Shown: piece after piece, positions 55,724-64,000 of the stretch | How the letters are laid out: every line of letters starts with the position of its first letter | How positions within the stretch are numbered: position 1 is the stretch's first letter | Source: an uncultured virus (IMG/VR IMGVR_UViG_3300034178_000025) | Lineage: Duplodnaviria; Heunggongvirae; Uroviricota; Caudoviricetes | DNA length: 64,000 nt | Reading direction: 5' to 3' (one strand) | IMG/VR virus record: IMGVR_UViG_3300034178_000025 | Position numbers and translations under genes: made by a program | The notes under the pieces: model-generated | Seen by the model: the letters and a program-made list of their open reading frames with translations, nothing else | What the model was told of the DNA's origin: nothing | Database searches by the model: none

Positions 55724-56485
55724 TTACTTGAAGGTGACGTCGAGGCCCTTGGTGGACCTCATCGCGTCGGCGGTCGTGTTGGTCAGAACGACGTAGGTGT
55801 TATCCGCCTGCATTTCCAGGCACCAACCCTGGACCGCCGTCCCGATGTACATCGCCGCGACCTCACGGTCCGACTCCATGAGCTGCCACGGAAGGAACGT
55901 GTCGTTCAGACCGACGATGTTCGCCAGCGTCTGACGGCCGTCCGCCGCACCAGCAACACCGGCCGTGGTCGTAGTGACCGCCAGCGTACCGGTAAGACTT
56001 GCGTTGCTCACCGTCATCTGGGTGACGTTGCCGATCTGGTTGCCGTAGAAGGTGACCGTGACTGCGGTGGTGTTGATCGGTCCACCGGCTGCCACGATGT
56101 CACCAGGCACGATGTTGTTCAGCGCTTCCAGCGCCGCCTGGATGACGGCCGCCGTCGCATTGAAGGCGATGTTCGCAGTCGTCTGACCGTTGTAGGTCAG
56201 CGTGAACGTACCTGCCGTGACCGTGGTCGGCGTAATCGTCTGAACCTCGGCTGTGCCGGAACCCTGGAACGGACCGATCTTGCCGCTATCAGGACCTGAC
56301 GTGATCTTCGCCATCACGACGCCGCGCTGCAGACTCTTCTGTCCGCCGACGTTGTCGATCGTGACCGCAGGGATGGTGGCCGCAGCGACCGTGTACGACT
56401 CGAACTTGCAGCCGGCAGACGAACGGAGGTATTCGTTCCGTCCGAACGGAGTGTTGATTGCAGTGTTCTTGGTGAACGATGCCAT
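55724..56485 (-). CDS. head decoration protein with inserted surface domain
   Basis: GVVMAKITSG..SGKIGPF...ADGRQT..NIVG split by an EVQTIT..GTFTLTY insert. Confidence 0.8.
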   Translation of the reverse strand: MASFTKNTAINTPFGRNEYLRSSAGCKFESYTVAAATIPAVTIDNVGGQKSLQRGVVMAKITSGPDSGKIGPFQGSGTAEVQTITPTTVTAGTFTLTYNGQTTANIAFNATAAVIQAALEALNNIVPGDIVAAGGPINTTAVTVTFYGNQIGNVTQMTVSNASLTGTLAVTTTTAGVAGAADGRQTLANIVGLNDTFLPWQLMESDREVAAMYIGTAVQGWCLEMQADNTYVVLTNTTADAMRSTKGLDVTFK

Positions 56486-56529
56486 GCTGTTTCTGTCCTC
56501 TCCCTGGCTCTACTCGCGCCGAGCCCTGG

Positions 56530-57759
56530 TTAGAGCTTGTAGGACGGGTTGAGCGCGACGAGGCGCTTGTACGAATCCATCTTCTCGATGACCTTGTTGG
56601 GCGTGCCGGCGTTCTTGTGCATACCGACCTGCTCCGTGAGGATCATCAGCTCGCTGGCCGTACTGGCAGCCACAGCCTGCTGGGCGGGCGCCTGGCCACC
56701 GTTTGCCACGCCACCGCCGTGCTGGCCGAGGAGTGCCGGAACCTCCATGCCATCGAAGGTCTCGGTCCAGGCCGTGTACTGAGCCGGCGAAAGACCGAGC
56801 GCGAACTTCTCGTACGACTCCGTCTTGGGGGCCGGAAGCTTGTTGGATGCCACCAGCGCCGCGACGAAGTTCTTTCGGTTGGCTTCCTGCGTATCGGCCT
56901 GGAACTTCTCCAGCGCGGTGATGTGTGCCTGCACGGCAGTGAAGTCGGAGGTGTTTGCGCCATTCACCGAGAACACGAACGGCTGGGCGGATGCCGCCGG
57001 AGCCCCGTGCTGAACGGGAGCCTGAACGGCCGGAACCTGAGGCGTCACGGCCGGAACCCCTGCAGTCACGGCCGGAACGGCCAGAACAGGTGCGGTCACG
57101 TCCTTCTCCTTGCTGTTGTCGAACATGACGTAAACCCTGGGGGACTGACCCCCGGTCTTTGATGCAGCGAAGTTTAGACCCTCCACTGCCGGAATGTCAA
57201 CATAGGCAACACCCATGTAAACGGGCCAATGTTCGGCCTCAGCGTTGGTTGTGTAGCCACCGACCTCCGACGATCGATTCAGCCACAGACCAGAATCGAC
57301 ATCCCGTTGGGCGTCGGGGTCGAGGATCTCGTAGTCGGCCAGCAGGTAGTCGTACGTCTCGCCATCGTGCGGGGCCGTCATGCTCTTGACCGACAGTCCG
57401 GTGTGCCACCCGACAACCTTGCCGGTTCCTGGCGTGCCATTGATCAGCCAGCCGGGGTGTCCGTCTCGTACCGGAACGTTCGCAAAGGTCCCGTTGTTCC
57501 GAAGGTAGTCGAAGTTGGTTACCATCTGGTTGAGGTGGATAGCCTCCCAGGTGTTCTGGTAACCCATGCTGTCCCGGAAGGTGCCAGTTCTGAAAACCGC
57601 AACCCCCTCCATCGCGAGTACCGATCCCTTGTCGGTTGTCTTCTTGTACTTCTTCGGCTCAATACCGAACCCGTTGTGAATCGCGAAGGTAGATGCGCGC
57701 CGGTTGTTATCGAGCGCAGCCTGCCCTGGGTCAGTTACCGCCAACACTGGCGCAGTCAT
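56530..57759 (-). CDS. capsid maturation protease / scaffold
   Basis: VFRTGTF, DGH, RSSEV, GVAYVDIPAVEGL, then an Ala/Pro-rich scaffold region. Confidence 0.85.
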   Translation of the reverse strand: MTAPVLAVTDPGQAALDNNRRASTFAIHNGFGIEPKKYKKTTDKGSVLAMEGVAVFRTGTFRDSMGYQNTWEAIHLNQMVTNFDYLRNNGTFANVPVRDGHPGWLINGTPGTGKVVGWHTGLSVKSMTAPHDGETYDYLLADYEILDPDAQRDVDSGLWLNRSSEVGGYTTNAEAEHWPVYMGVAYVDIPAVEGLNFAASKTGGQSPRVYVMFDNSKEKDVTAPVLAVPAVTAGVPAVTPQVPAVQAPVQHGAPAASAQPFVFSVNGANTSDFTAVQAHITALEKFQADTQEANRKNFVAALVASNKLPAPKTESYEKFALGLSPAQYTAWTETFDGMEVPALLGQHGGGVANGGQAPAQQAVAASTASELMILTEQVGMHKNAGTPNKVIEKMDSYKRLVALNPSYKL

Positions 57760-58030
57760 CTAACTTCTCCTCTTCAACTTCAGGTGGGATTTCAGTTTCT
57801 CTGAGTTCGGCCTTCCCGGAGGATGACCTGAAAACTATCGTGTGCCAACGGAAGCATTCACGGCAGTTGATTGCAACTTCGCCACCAAACGCAATCAGAT
57901 CGGCAAACACTCTCTGTTGCTTGAAGACCTTTACGTGAACATAAAGTCTACCCCTAGCGTCCAAGCCATACATTGCAAGTAATGGCTTGCGTACGCAGAA
58001 GCAGTTTAATCTATGCTTCGTTCGTTCCAC
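57731..58030 (-). CDS. small zinc-ribbon protein
   Basis: CFC...CREC..WH, between portal and protease. Confidence 0.65.
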   Translation of the reverse strand: MERTKHRLNCFCVRKPLLAMYGLDARGRLYVHVKVFKQQRVFADLIAFGGEVAINCRECFRWHTIVFRSSSGKAELRETEIPPEVEEEKLDDCASVGGN

Positions 58031-58031
58031 A

Positions 58032-59768
58032 TCACACCCGCTCGATTGCGATTTCGAGTCCCCGCTTTAGGGCGTGACCCTGTGCCACGGCTGAGCCAAA
58101 GGCACTCGAGCCAGCCGAAACGACATCCGCTACGTAGGCTGTAGCCCGCTCGTAGGCGGCTTCGGCGCGAACACGACCGGCCCCCTCATCCACGAGGGCG
58201 GACACGAACTGCTTTCGGTATCCCAGATCCGGCGTATAGCCGTGACCGAGAGTTCCATCCCGACTGGCCTTGGAGAGCTGAGTGATGATGCGTTCGTGCA
58301 TTGCCTCAGCGACGCGCCGAGAGCTCTGGCTCGTTCCGTCGCCCGTGGAATCCGAGTTTCCGGTTTTGCCAGCAGGATCATTGCCCGTCGGATCTTCTGT
58401 GGCGGGGTCAGCTGTTGGGTCACTCGTTACCTCCTGGACTTCGGCTAGGCTAAGCCCAGCGATGTCACCGAGTTCAACAAGGTTTGGCTTCACGGTCTTG
58501 TTGGACAGCATCTGCTGAAGCATCACCTTCACCAGGTCCATCTTGTCGTCGCCGAGTTTGCGAAACTTAATTCGAGCTCGCGGACTGGTGGGGCTGAAGT
58601 TTACATCGACCATCCGACTAAGGATGTACTCGTTGATGTACTGTGCCCAGTCACCCGCGAGCGCATTCAGCATCTGAAGGTAAACCTGTGCGTGCGTAGT
58701 GCCCAGGTTATAGCTACCCACATCAGCTGTACGCAGCATCAGCAACGGCGTGAACAGGGACAGGCTTATCTCTTCGTCCAGACGAGTCAAGTATCGATCG
58801 AAGTCGGCACCCCTCATCTGGGATTCCAAGTACTCGATGCTGTAGTCGTACGCAGTCTCGGTACCTTGTGTGCTTCGCTCGCTAGGCAGCACCACTGCAC
58901 CGCGGTTACGCAGATTCTGCAAGATGCCCATCATGACTGTTGTGCCAGGCACCTGCTCGCCGTTGACACCGAGTGTGTCATCATATGGCGCCCTTGCGAC
59001 CGGCAGCGGCTCGCCAAACCGCTCGTAGTACCTGTTGCTAAACAGGTGGATGATGATACTGAAGAACCAGCTAGAGAACGCAGGCCGTAGCAGCTTGCGT
59101 CCGTACCAGTCTCCATTCTCCATCAACAGCGGATACCACAGTGTGTTCTCTACTGGAACTGGCCATCCAGCACCAATCTGCTGGATGCCATCGTACACCT
59201 TGATCTTCGGCTTCGGCCTGCCCGGAGGTGCCCAGCCTTCCACGTTCTTCCAGTTGACGCAGGAGTCTTCCGGAACTAGATCCTTGATCTTTGTGAGCTG
59301 GACCGTCTTCCCAGTGATATCGTTTTCCCACTGAAGAATAGACGGAGAGTACCCTGCCCAGAACGCCTGACTGAGAGCACGAACAAGCCTCGTCCACATA
59401 CCGTCCAGGTTGGCCTGGCAGTGGTCACGAATCTTGGCATTGTCGCACTCGATCCTCCAGTCCAGCTGGTGCATCATGAACGTGAGGACAGAAAGAGATG
59501 CGTTTATCTGGTAGTGATCCCGCATCATCCTGAAGTCAGAAAGCGTAAGCCGACTGAGATCAAACTGCATGATCCCACCACCAGGCAGCGTGTAGTAACT
59601 TCTGTCGACACCCTGCCAACTAGGACCAAACGCCTCTCCCAACTTCGGAGGGGCTGCCTTTTTGTAATTGACAGTCTTCGTAGAAGTGCTGGCGCTACTC
59701 GCACTGGTCGTCTTCGGCAGAATCTTCGCCTTGAGCCTACTTGCTCCGCTTGATCCCAAGTCCGTCAT
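58032..59768 (-). CDS. portal protein (Mu gp29/DUF935-like)
   Basis: ATG 59768; YGRKLLRPA, ERFGEP, GSYNLG..H. Confidence 0.88.
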   Translation of the reverse strand: MTDLGSSGASRLKAKILPKTTSASSASTSTKTVNYKKAAPPKLGEAFGPSWQGVDRSYYTLPGGGIMQFDLSRLTLSDFRMMRDHYQINASLSVLTFMMHQLDWRIECDNAKIRDHCQANLDGMWTRLVRALSQAFWAGYSPSILQWENDITGKTVQLTKIKDLVPEDSCVNWKNVEGWAPPGRPKPKIKVYDGIQQIGAGWPVPVENTLWYPLLMENGDWYGRKLLRPAFSSWFFSIIIHLFSNRYYERFGEPLPVARAPYDDTLGVNGEQVPGTTVMMGILQNLRNRGAVVLPSERSTQGTETAYDYSIEYLESQMRGADFDRYLTRLDEEISLSLFTPLLMLRTADVGSYNLGTTHAQVYLQMLNALAGDWAQYINEYILSRMVDVNFSPTSPRARIKFRKLGDDKMDLVKVMLQQMLSNKTVKPNLVELGDIAGLSLAEVQEVTSDPTADPATEDPTGNDPAGKTGNSDSTGDGTSQSSRRVAEAMHERIITQLSKASRDGTLGHGYTPDLGYRKQFVSALVDEGAGRVRAEAAYERATAYVADVVSAGSSAFGSAVAQGHALKRGLEIAIERV

Positions 59769-61644
59769 AGATGTCCCCACCTGGTAGCAGACCGTTTTGC
59801 CCAGACAAGTTAACAGGCGCAAAGGAAGGAATCTGTCGACCGTCGAGAGAATCGTTCCTGTTCTTCTGAAGAACTGTAGGGTCATACGCATCTGGCATGT
59901 TTTGCAGATCACCTCTAGGGTGCTCGGAGGATGGTCGCACACCACGCCGATATTGTCTATCCCCTGCTAGCAACGAACATACGCCAGCCATCCCATCGGC
60001 CACGTCCTTGCTGCCACGCTCCGGGTGATCCACCTTCTTGCCAGTATCGATCAGCCGACTTAGCTCTTGATAGGCAATCTCAACTAGCTTAGAATCGCCA
60101 TGCTTCATGTACGTATAGTACTTTGGAAATTCGATTCGCTCTTCGTAAATCGCATCTCGTAGGTCCTGATACGGAAGCATGTTACGATCAACGAAAAGGT
60201 AGTCTGCATCGAATCGACGCTTGTTCAGCTGCTGAATGGTATCCGTACTTTGAAATCCATCCAGCGTCACCTTCTTGATGTTGAATCCCAGATCATCTCG
60301 TAGATGATAGATGATCTTTCGAACATCTCCGAGAATGATCTCCCGACCAGGCATCGGTCTCATTCGTAGGAGCATGTCGAATACGATGACCGGCTGTAGG
60401 TCGCCATCGATTTCCTTTAGCTCCCGAACGTGACCCATCGCTATACCTAGAGCGTCACCGTCCGCACTGTACGCGATGTCGATGTGCACCACCCGCTTGA
60501 GCTTGTCCTTAGCCACAAACCAGGGAGCAAACTCCGCCCTTTCGAGAGTCGGCAGCACTGGCGACGAATCGACACCGAACCTCTCGTGCCAACGCTCACG
60601 TGCTGAATCTATCTTGAAGGTCATCCCAATGAAGGGATTGCCAACCAGTGGCGGAATGCCTGCAAGATCCTTAAGTGCCTTGTCTGGGTCGTTAGTAAAT
60701 TGCTTCTTGTAAAGATTTGGAATCTCGATCAGGTCGTCGTTAACAAGCACCTGGGCAATTAGGTCAGGTACTATCATCTTCCGGCGGGTATCGAACCAGA
60801 AACTGTCGTGCGTCCCGTCGGCCTTGAGGTATTTGTCCCAGCCGAACGACTCCCAGATAGTCATTCGACTTACGTATGATTCAGGATCGCTTACAAACTC
60901 TTCATACTTTACGGCAGCAAAACCGCTAGACTTCTTCATCTGACCAATCAGGATTAGAAGTCCTCTATCCCCGAACCGAGACGTAATACGATTGCTGATC
61001 GTATTGTAACCCTCGAGAGCGTAATCCTTCTTGGGCGTAACTCGGTGAGAGTCCATCTCATCGAGCACACCACCAAGGATGTTGTATCCCTCAAATGTAG
61101 TTTCCGCGCTATCCCCTGGTACAATCCAGATATCCTTCTGTGGCCAACGAATCTGATTCTTGAATGCAGGATCCTGTGGCCACTTCTTAAACCATACAGA
61201 GTGCTTGATCCGGGCGACCACGTCAGCGAAGATAACCTCACGAGCTTGATCCTCCGAAGTCGACATCATCATGAACGCGATCCTGGAGCCCGGCATAAAG
61301 CTAAAGAATGCCTGCGGATCCTTGAGGCACAGAACCCAGTGCACCATGTACGGCAGCACGATACTGGCAAAGGTTGTCTTGCCAATACCGATTGCGCCAG
61401 TCATCATGGCTTCTTTGAACTTCGCCAAGCTGTATGGCTGAGACTCCTCGCCGAAGATGTCAATCAAAACCTGACGAAGGCCCGGCCGAACATTGGCATC
61501 AATGTTCAGATATCCAGGTCCCAGGAACTCTGCGATGCTAGCCGGTCGCTCCTCGAAATCTGGATTGTTCTTTAGCCAGTCAAGCTCACGCAGTGTCGCC
61601 TTGAACTGCTCGTCCGTGATCGAGGGCGGACCGGAAAGGGTCAT
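59737..61644 (-). CDS. terminase large subunit
   Basis: GAIGIGKT, VLDE, HIDIA...D, DGFQS, SKDVADG. Confidence 0.93.
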   Translation of the reverse strand: MTLSGPPSITDEQFKATLRELDWLKNNPDFEERPASIAEFLGPGYLNIDANVRPGLRQVLIDIFGEESQPYSLAKFKEAMMTGAIGIGKTTFASIVLPYMVHWVLCLKDPQAFFSFMPGSRIAFMMMSTSEDQAREVIFADVVARIKHSVWFKKWPQDPAFKNQIRWPQKDIWIVPGDSAETTFEGYNILGGVLDEMDSHRVTPKKDYALEGYNTISNRITSRFGDRGLLILIGQMKKSSGFAAVKYEEFVSDPESYVSRMTIWESFGWDKYLKADGTHDSFWFDTRRKMIVPDLIAQVLVNDDLIEIPNLYKKQFTNDPDKALKDLAGIPPLVGNPFIGMTFKIDSARERWHERFGVDSSPVLPTLERAEFAPWFVAKDKLKRVVHIDIAYSADGDALGIAMGHVRELKEIDGDLQPVIVFDMLLRMRPMPGREIILGDVRKIIYHLRDDLGFNIKKVTLDGFQSTDTIQQLNKRRFDADYLFVDRNMLPYQDLRDAIYEERIEFPKYYTYMKHGDSKLVEIAYQELSRLIDTGKKVDHPERGSKDVADGMAGVCSLLAGDRQYRRGVRPSSEHPRGDLQNMPDAYDPTVLQKNRNDSLDGRQIPSFAPVNLSGQNGLLPGGDIYDGLGIKRSK

Positions 61645-63113
61645 GTTGCTGTACCCTCAATTGTCTTCGGCCGTGTCGACTGAACGGGTACAGATATTTG
61701 CTGCGCAGCAACAGCAGTACTGATTGCCTGCTGCTTCGGCACGTTAGCCATGTTGCGCAACACGCCCTTGATCATGTTGCCGTCGATCTTCTCGCGGGGT
61801 ATGCCAGCCGCCTCCAGCTCCGCCACGAGCGTAGCCACCAGCTGCTTTGGGTCCGCCCCAGAGATGCCGACGTTTGCCTGCCCGCCTGCAGCGACGCCGA
61901 CGTTTACCTGAACCTTGGGTCCACCGGCCTTGGATGGATCGATCAGCTTAACCAGCTTCGTACCCTGATCAAACACCATCTTGCTGAGTTTGGTTACCTC
62001 GGGATCGAGTTCGCCGGATGCCTTCTCCTCTGCCATCGCGTCTTCTAGACGTTCAGCGTTGCGATGAAGAAGATTACTCAAACCGGTCATGATTACGTCG
62101 GCGCTGCGAGAGCCAAACGCGTCTGCTAGAGCCACTGCGTCAGATCCCTTCACTGTGCAGACGCTACCCTCGCGGTAGAGTGTGCAGGCGTTATGAACAA
62201 TACAGGTGTCACAAGTGAACTGATCAAGTTCGCCAGTCTGGAAGCCGATGTTCCGCATCAATCGCCGACGAGCCGCGGGAAGGATGAAATCCTTATCGCT
62301 AATCATGCGGAACTCTGTTGGCCTGAATACGGTGTTCCGTCCAGCTTTTGTGTTTTGTATAACGAACGGCGTAACCGATTGAAAGTTACGCCTGGCCCAA
62401 GCGGCAGCTCGCAGACAAACTCTCACCTGATCGTCGAGGTTATGGATATCCTCCTGCGCCAATCCGATGAGAGTGAACCAATCCTTATATCTCTTGTCGT
62501 AGGTGATGTGACCAACTAGCTGCTTGCCGGTAGGAAGAATAGTTCTATCCTTCGCTGCACCGGTAGGAGACAGAGCGTGCGGATAGTAATCAACCGCCTT
62601 CAAGCCGATACCGAACAGGTCGGAGAACCTATTTGCTCCCGACACAAATAGCTCTACATCAGGATACTTTAGCTGCACCTCGCGCATTTGCAGCATGAAG
62701 TCCTGACGTTCCTGCCCGGACGGCGGAATCCTGTGCACAACAACTCGATGCTTCTGTCCATAGACTGGACGCATCTGCATGTGAATTCCTGCGTCAGTGC
62801 AGAGCTTCTTGTCCAGGCCGACATGATTTTCCATAAGCCATTCAAGGGCGTCCCATCCCTCGTCCGGCGACCAGGTCGGATAGACCGCCAGTGGCTTGTC
62901 ATATCCAGCAAAAGTGCTATACTCTGCTGCTCCGGAATGATCAATGATCATCACTTGAACTGGACCGTACGCAGAAGAGTGCGCACGCACCCAGGAGAAC
63001 ATCTCATGCTTTGATGTAAGCAGCCTGGCTGCGTGCCAGGTAAACTTACGAAAGCCTTCTTCCAGAGCCACATCAATGTACCTCTGGGACTGCATAAGCC
63101 ATAGGTCGACCAT
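61641..63113 (-). CDS. 490-aa protein upstream of terminase; C-terminus possibly a terminase small subunit
   Basis: First gene of the leftward operon; CDTC...C...C cluster then a helical region; ATGA coupling to terL. Confidence 0.7.
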   Translation of the reverse strand: MVDLWLMQSQRYIDVALEEGFRKFTWHAARLLTSKHEMFSWVRAHSSAYGPVQVMIIDHSGAAEYSTFAGYDKPLAVYPTWSPDEGWDALEWLMENHVGLDKKLCTDAGIHMQMRPVYGQKHRVVVHRIPPSGQERQDFMLQMREVQLKYPDVELFVSGANRFSDLFGIGLKAVDYYPHALSPTGAAKDRTILPTGKQLVGHITYDKRYKDWFTLIGLAQEDIHNLDDQVRVCLRAAAWARRNFQSVTPFVIQNTKAGRNTVFRPTEFRMISDKDFILPAARRRLMRNIGFQTGELDQFTCDTCIVHNACTLYREGSVCTVKGSDAVALADAFGSRSADVIMTGLSNLLHRNAERLEDAMAEEKASGELDPEVTKLSKMVFDQGTKLVKLIDPSKAGGPKVQVNVGVAAGGQANVGISGADPKQLVATLVAELEAAGIPREKIDGNMIKGVLRNMANVPKQQAISTAVAAQQISVPVQSTRPKTIEGTAT

Positions 63114-63241
63114 AGCAACTGACCCTTACTAGGTTATGTGTCCGACAGAAAACAGGGCCAGCGCTAATTGCCTGCGGGAAGGCAACAGCACTGGCCCTGC
63201 GGGAAGGGTGAGACAGGCGCGTGACTTCCAGTCCCGTACTG

Positions 63242-63270
63242 ACTATACATGATCACGACGATATCCGCAA
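63242..63270 (-). promoter_or_regulatory. leftward promoter TTGCGG-17-TATAGT for the virion operon
   Basis: TG-extended -10; a leader hairpin at about 63154-63199 precedes the first gene. Confidence 0.65.
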
Positions 63271-63281
63271 CAAGTTGGGGG

Positions 63282-63310
63282 TTGCTATTCATATCATTTT
63301 GCGGTACGAT
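63282..63310 (+). promoter_or_regulatory. rightward promoter TTGCTA-17-TACGAT
   Basis: Back-to-back with the leftward promoter, upstream of the primase. Confidence 0.6.
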
Positions 63311-63367
63311 CATGGTGCGGGTGACGCTCTGTGCTATCGGAGTGTCTTGTGATCGGAAGGGTGAACT

Positions 63368-64000
63368 GTGGCAATTGAGGCACCAAAGAATGATGTAGAG
63401 ATTGCGAAACTTTTCGCAAAGATGATGATCGCCCGGCCAGAGATTATGGCTGTCCAGACGGACAATGGCGAGTATCGGCCGTTGCGTGGCGCGCCGTTCA
63501 AGCTCCCCGATCTACTCGACCACATCAGCGGATCCAAGACATACGGACACTACCTGGTAAACGCCGAAGATAGAGTCAAGCTGTTCTGCTTCGACATCGA
63601 CCTGAAGAAGATCGGCAGCCTGCCAATCACGAAGAACGGAATGGGACAGTTCTTCGGATTTCAAGAAACAAATCCTCGCGAGGTGTGGGGGTCACGGAAG
63701 CCTGGGGCGGCACGTGACTTCATGAAGCTGAAGATGAAGATTCTTGCGAATCAACTCATGAGCGTCATCTCTAGGGAACTAGAGATCCACACTGCGGCTG
63801 CATACTCTGGCAGCAAGGGTGTGCACGTCTATGGGTTCACCGGTAAGACCTCGGCCAACTTGGCGCGCCAGGCAGCATCGATAGTTCTTGATGCGCTGGT
63901 CGAGCGCGATCTAGGTCACTGGAAGTTGATCAGAGGTAATAACTTCTACGGCTACTCGGTGAACGCCAATCAGATAAATGATCCCGGCGAAAACTATCAC
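63368..64000 (+). CDS. AEP-superfamily primase/polymerase, truncated by the window end
   Basis: GTG 63368 after GGAAGG; open to the end; FCFDID and YSGSKGVHVYG motifs; absent from the ORF track. Confidence 0.85.
   Translation, partial: MAIEAPKNDVEIAKLFAKMMIARPEIMAVQTDNGEYRPLRGAPFKLPDLLDHISGSKTYGHYLVNAEDRVKLFCFDIDLKKIGSLPITKNGMGQFFGFQETNPREVWGSRKPGAARDFMKLKMKILANQLMSVISRELEIHTAAAYSGSKGVHVYGFTGKTSANLARQAASIVLDALVERDLGHWKLIRGNNFYGYSVNANQINDPGENYH

Noticed and set aside
50530..55796. Long plus-strand ORFs 50530-51747 and 54249-55796
   Set aside because: Antisense shadows of the tail tube and capsid genes
59769..59945. N-terminal extension of the portal ORF (also 44186-44296 for the tail protein)
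   Set aside because: Overlaps the upstream gene; downstream ATGs with RBSs are better starts

Overview
This window is most of a tailed dsDNA (siphovirus-type) phage genome. BldC-, WhiB- and neprosin-like genes and TANNNT-type promoters suggest a filamentous actinomycete host (inferred, not proven). 1-33600 is transcribed rightward. It begins with early genes, most preceded by hairpin-embedded promoters and a repeated start-associated motif. Two largely non-coding, highly structured RNA islands follow, holding one true tRNA-Ala and three anticodon-less tRNA-like elements, with a fourth at 2166. Next come many tiny membrane proteins, a MoxR AAA+/VWA/SWIM module, a tyrosine recombinase and a secreted neprosin-like peptidase. 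The replication/recombination genes are SSB, SNF2 helicase, oligoribonuclease, beta clamp, RusA, DNA methyltransferase and a Cas4-like nuclease. 33657-63113 is a leftward lysis and virion operon (terminase, portal, protease, decoration, capsid, tail, frameshifted chaperones, tape measure, tail tip, endolysin). A divergent AEP primase gene runs off the right end. The best novel candidates are the tRNA-mimic/structured-RNA islands and a WhiB domain with no start codon that appears reachable by a -1 frameshift. All assignments come from reading motifs by eye; no searches were run.
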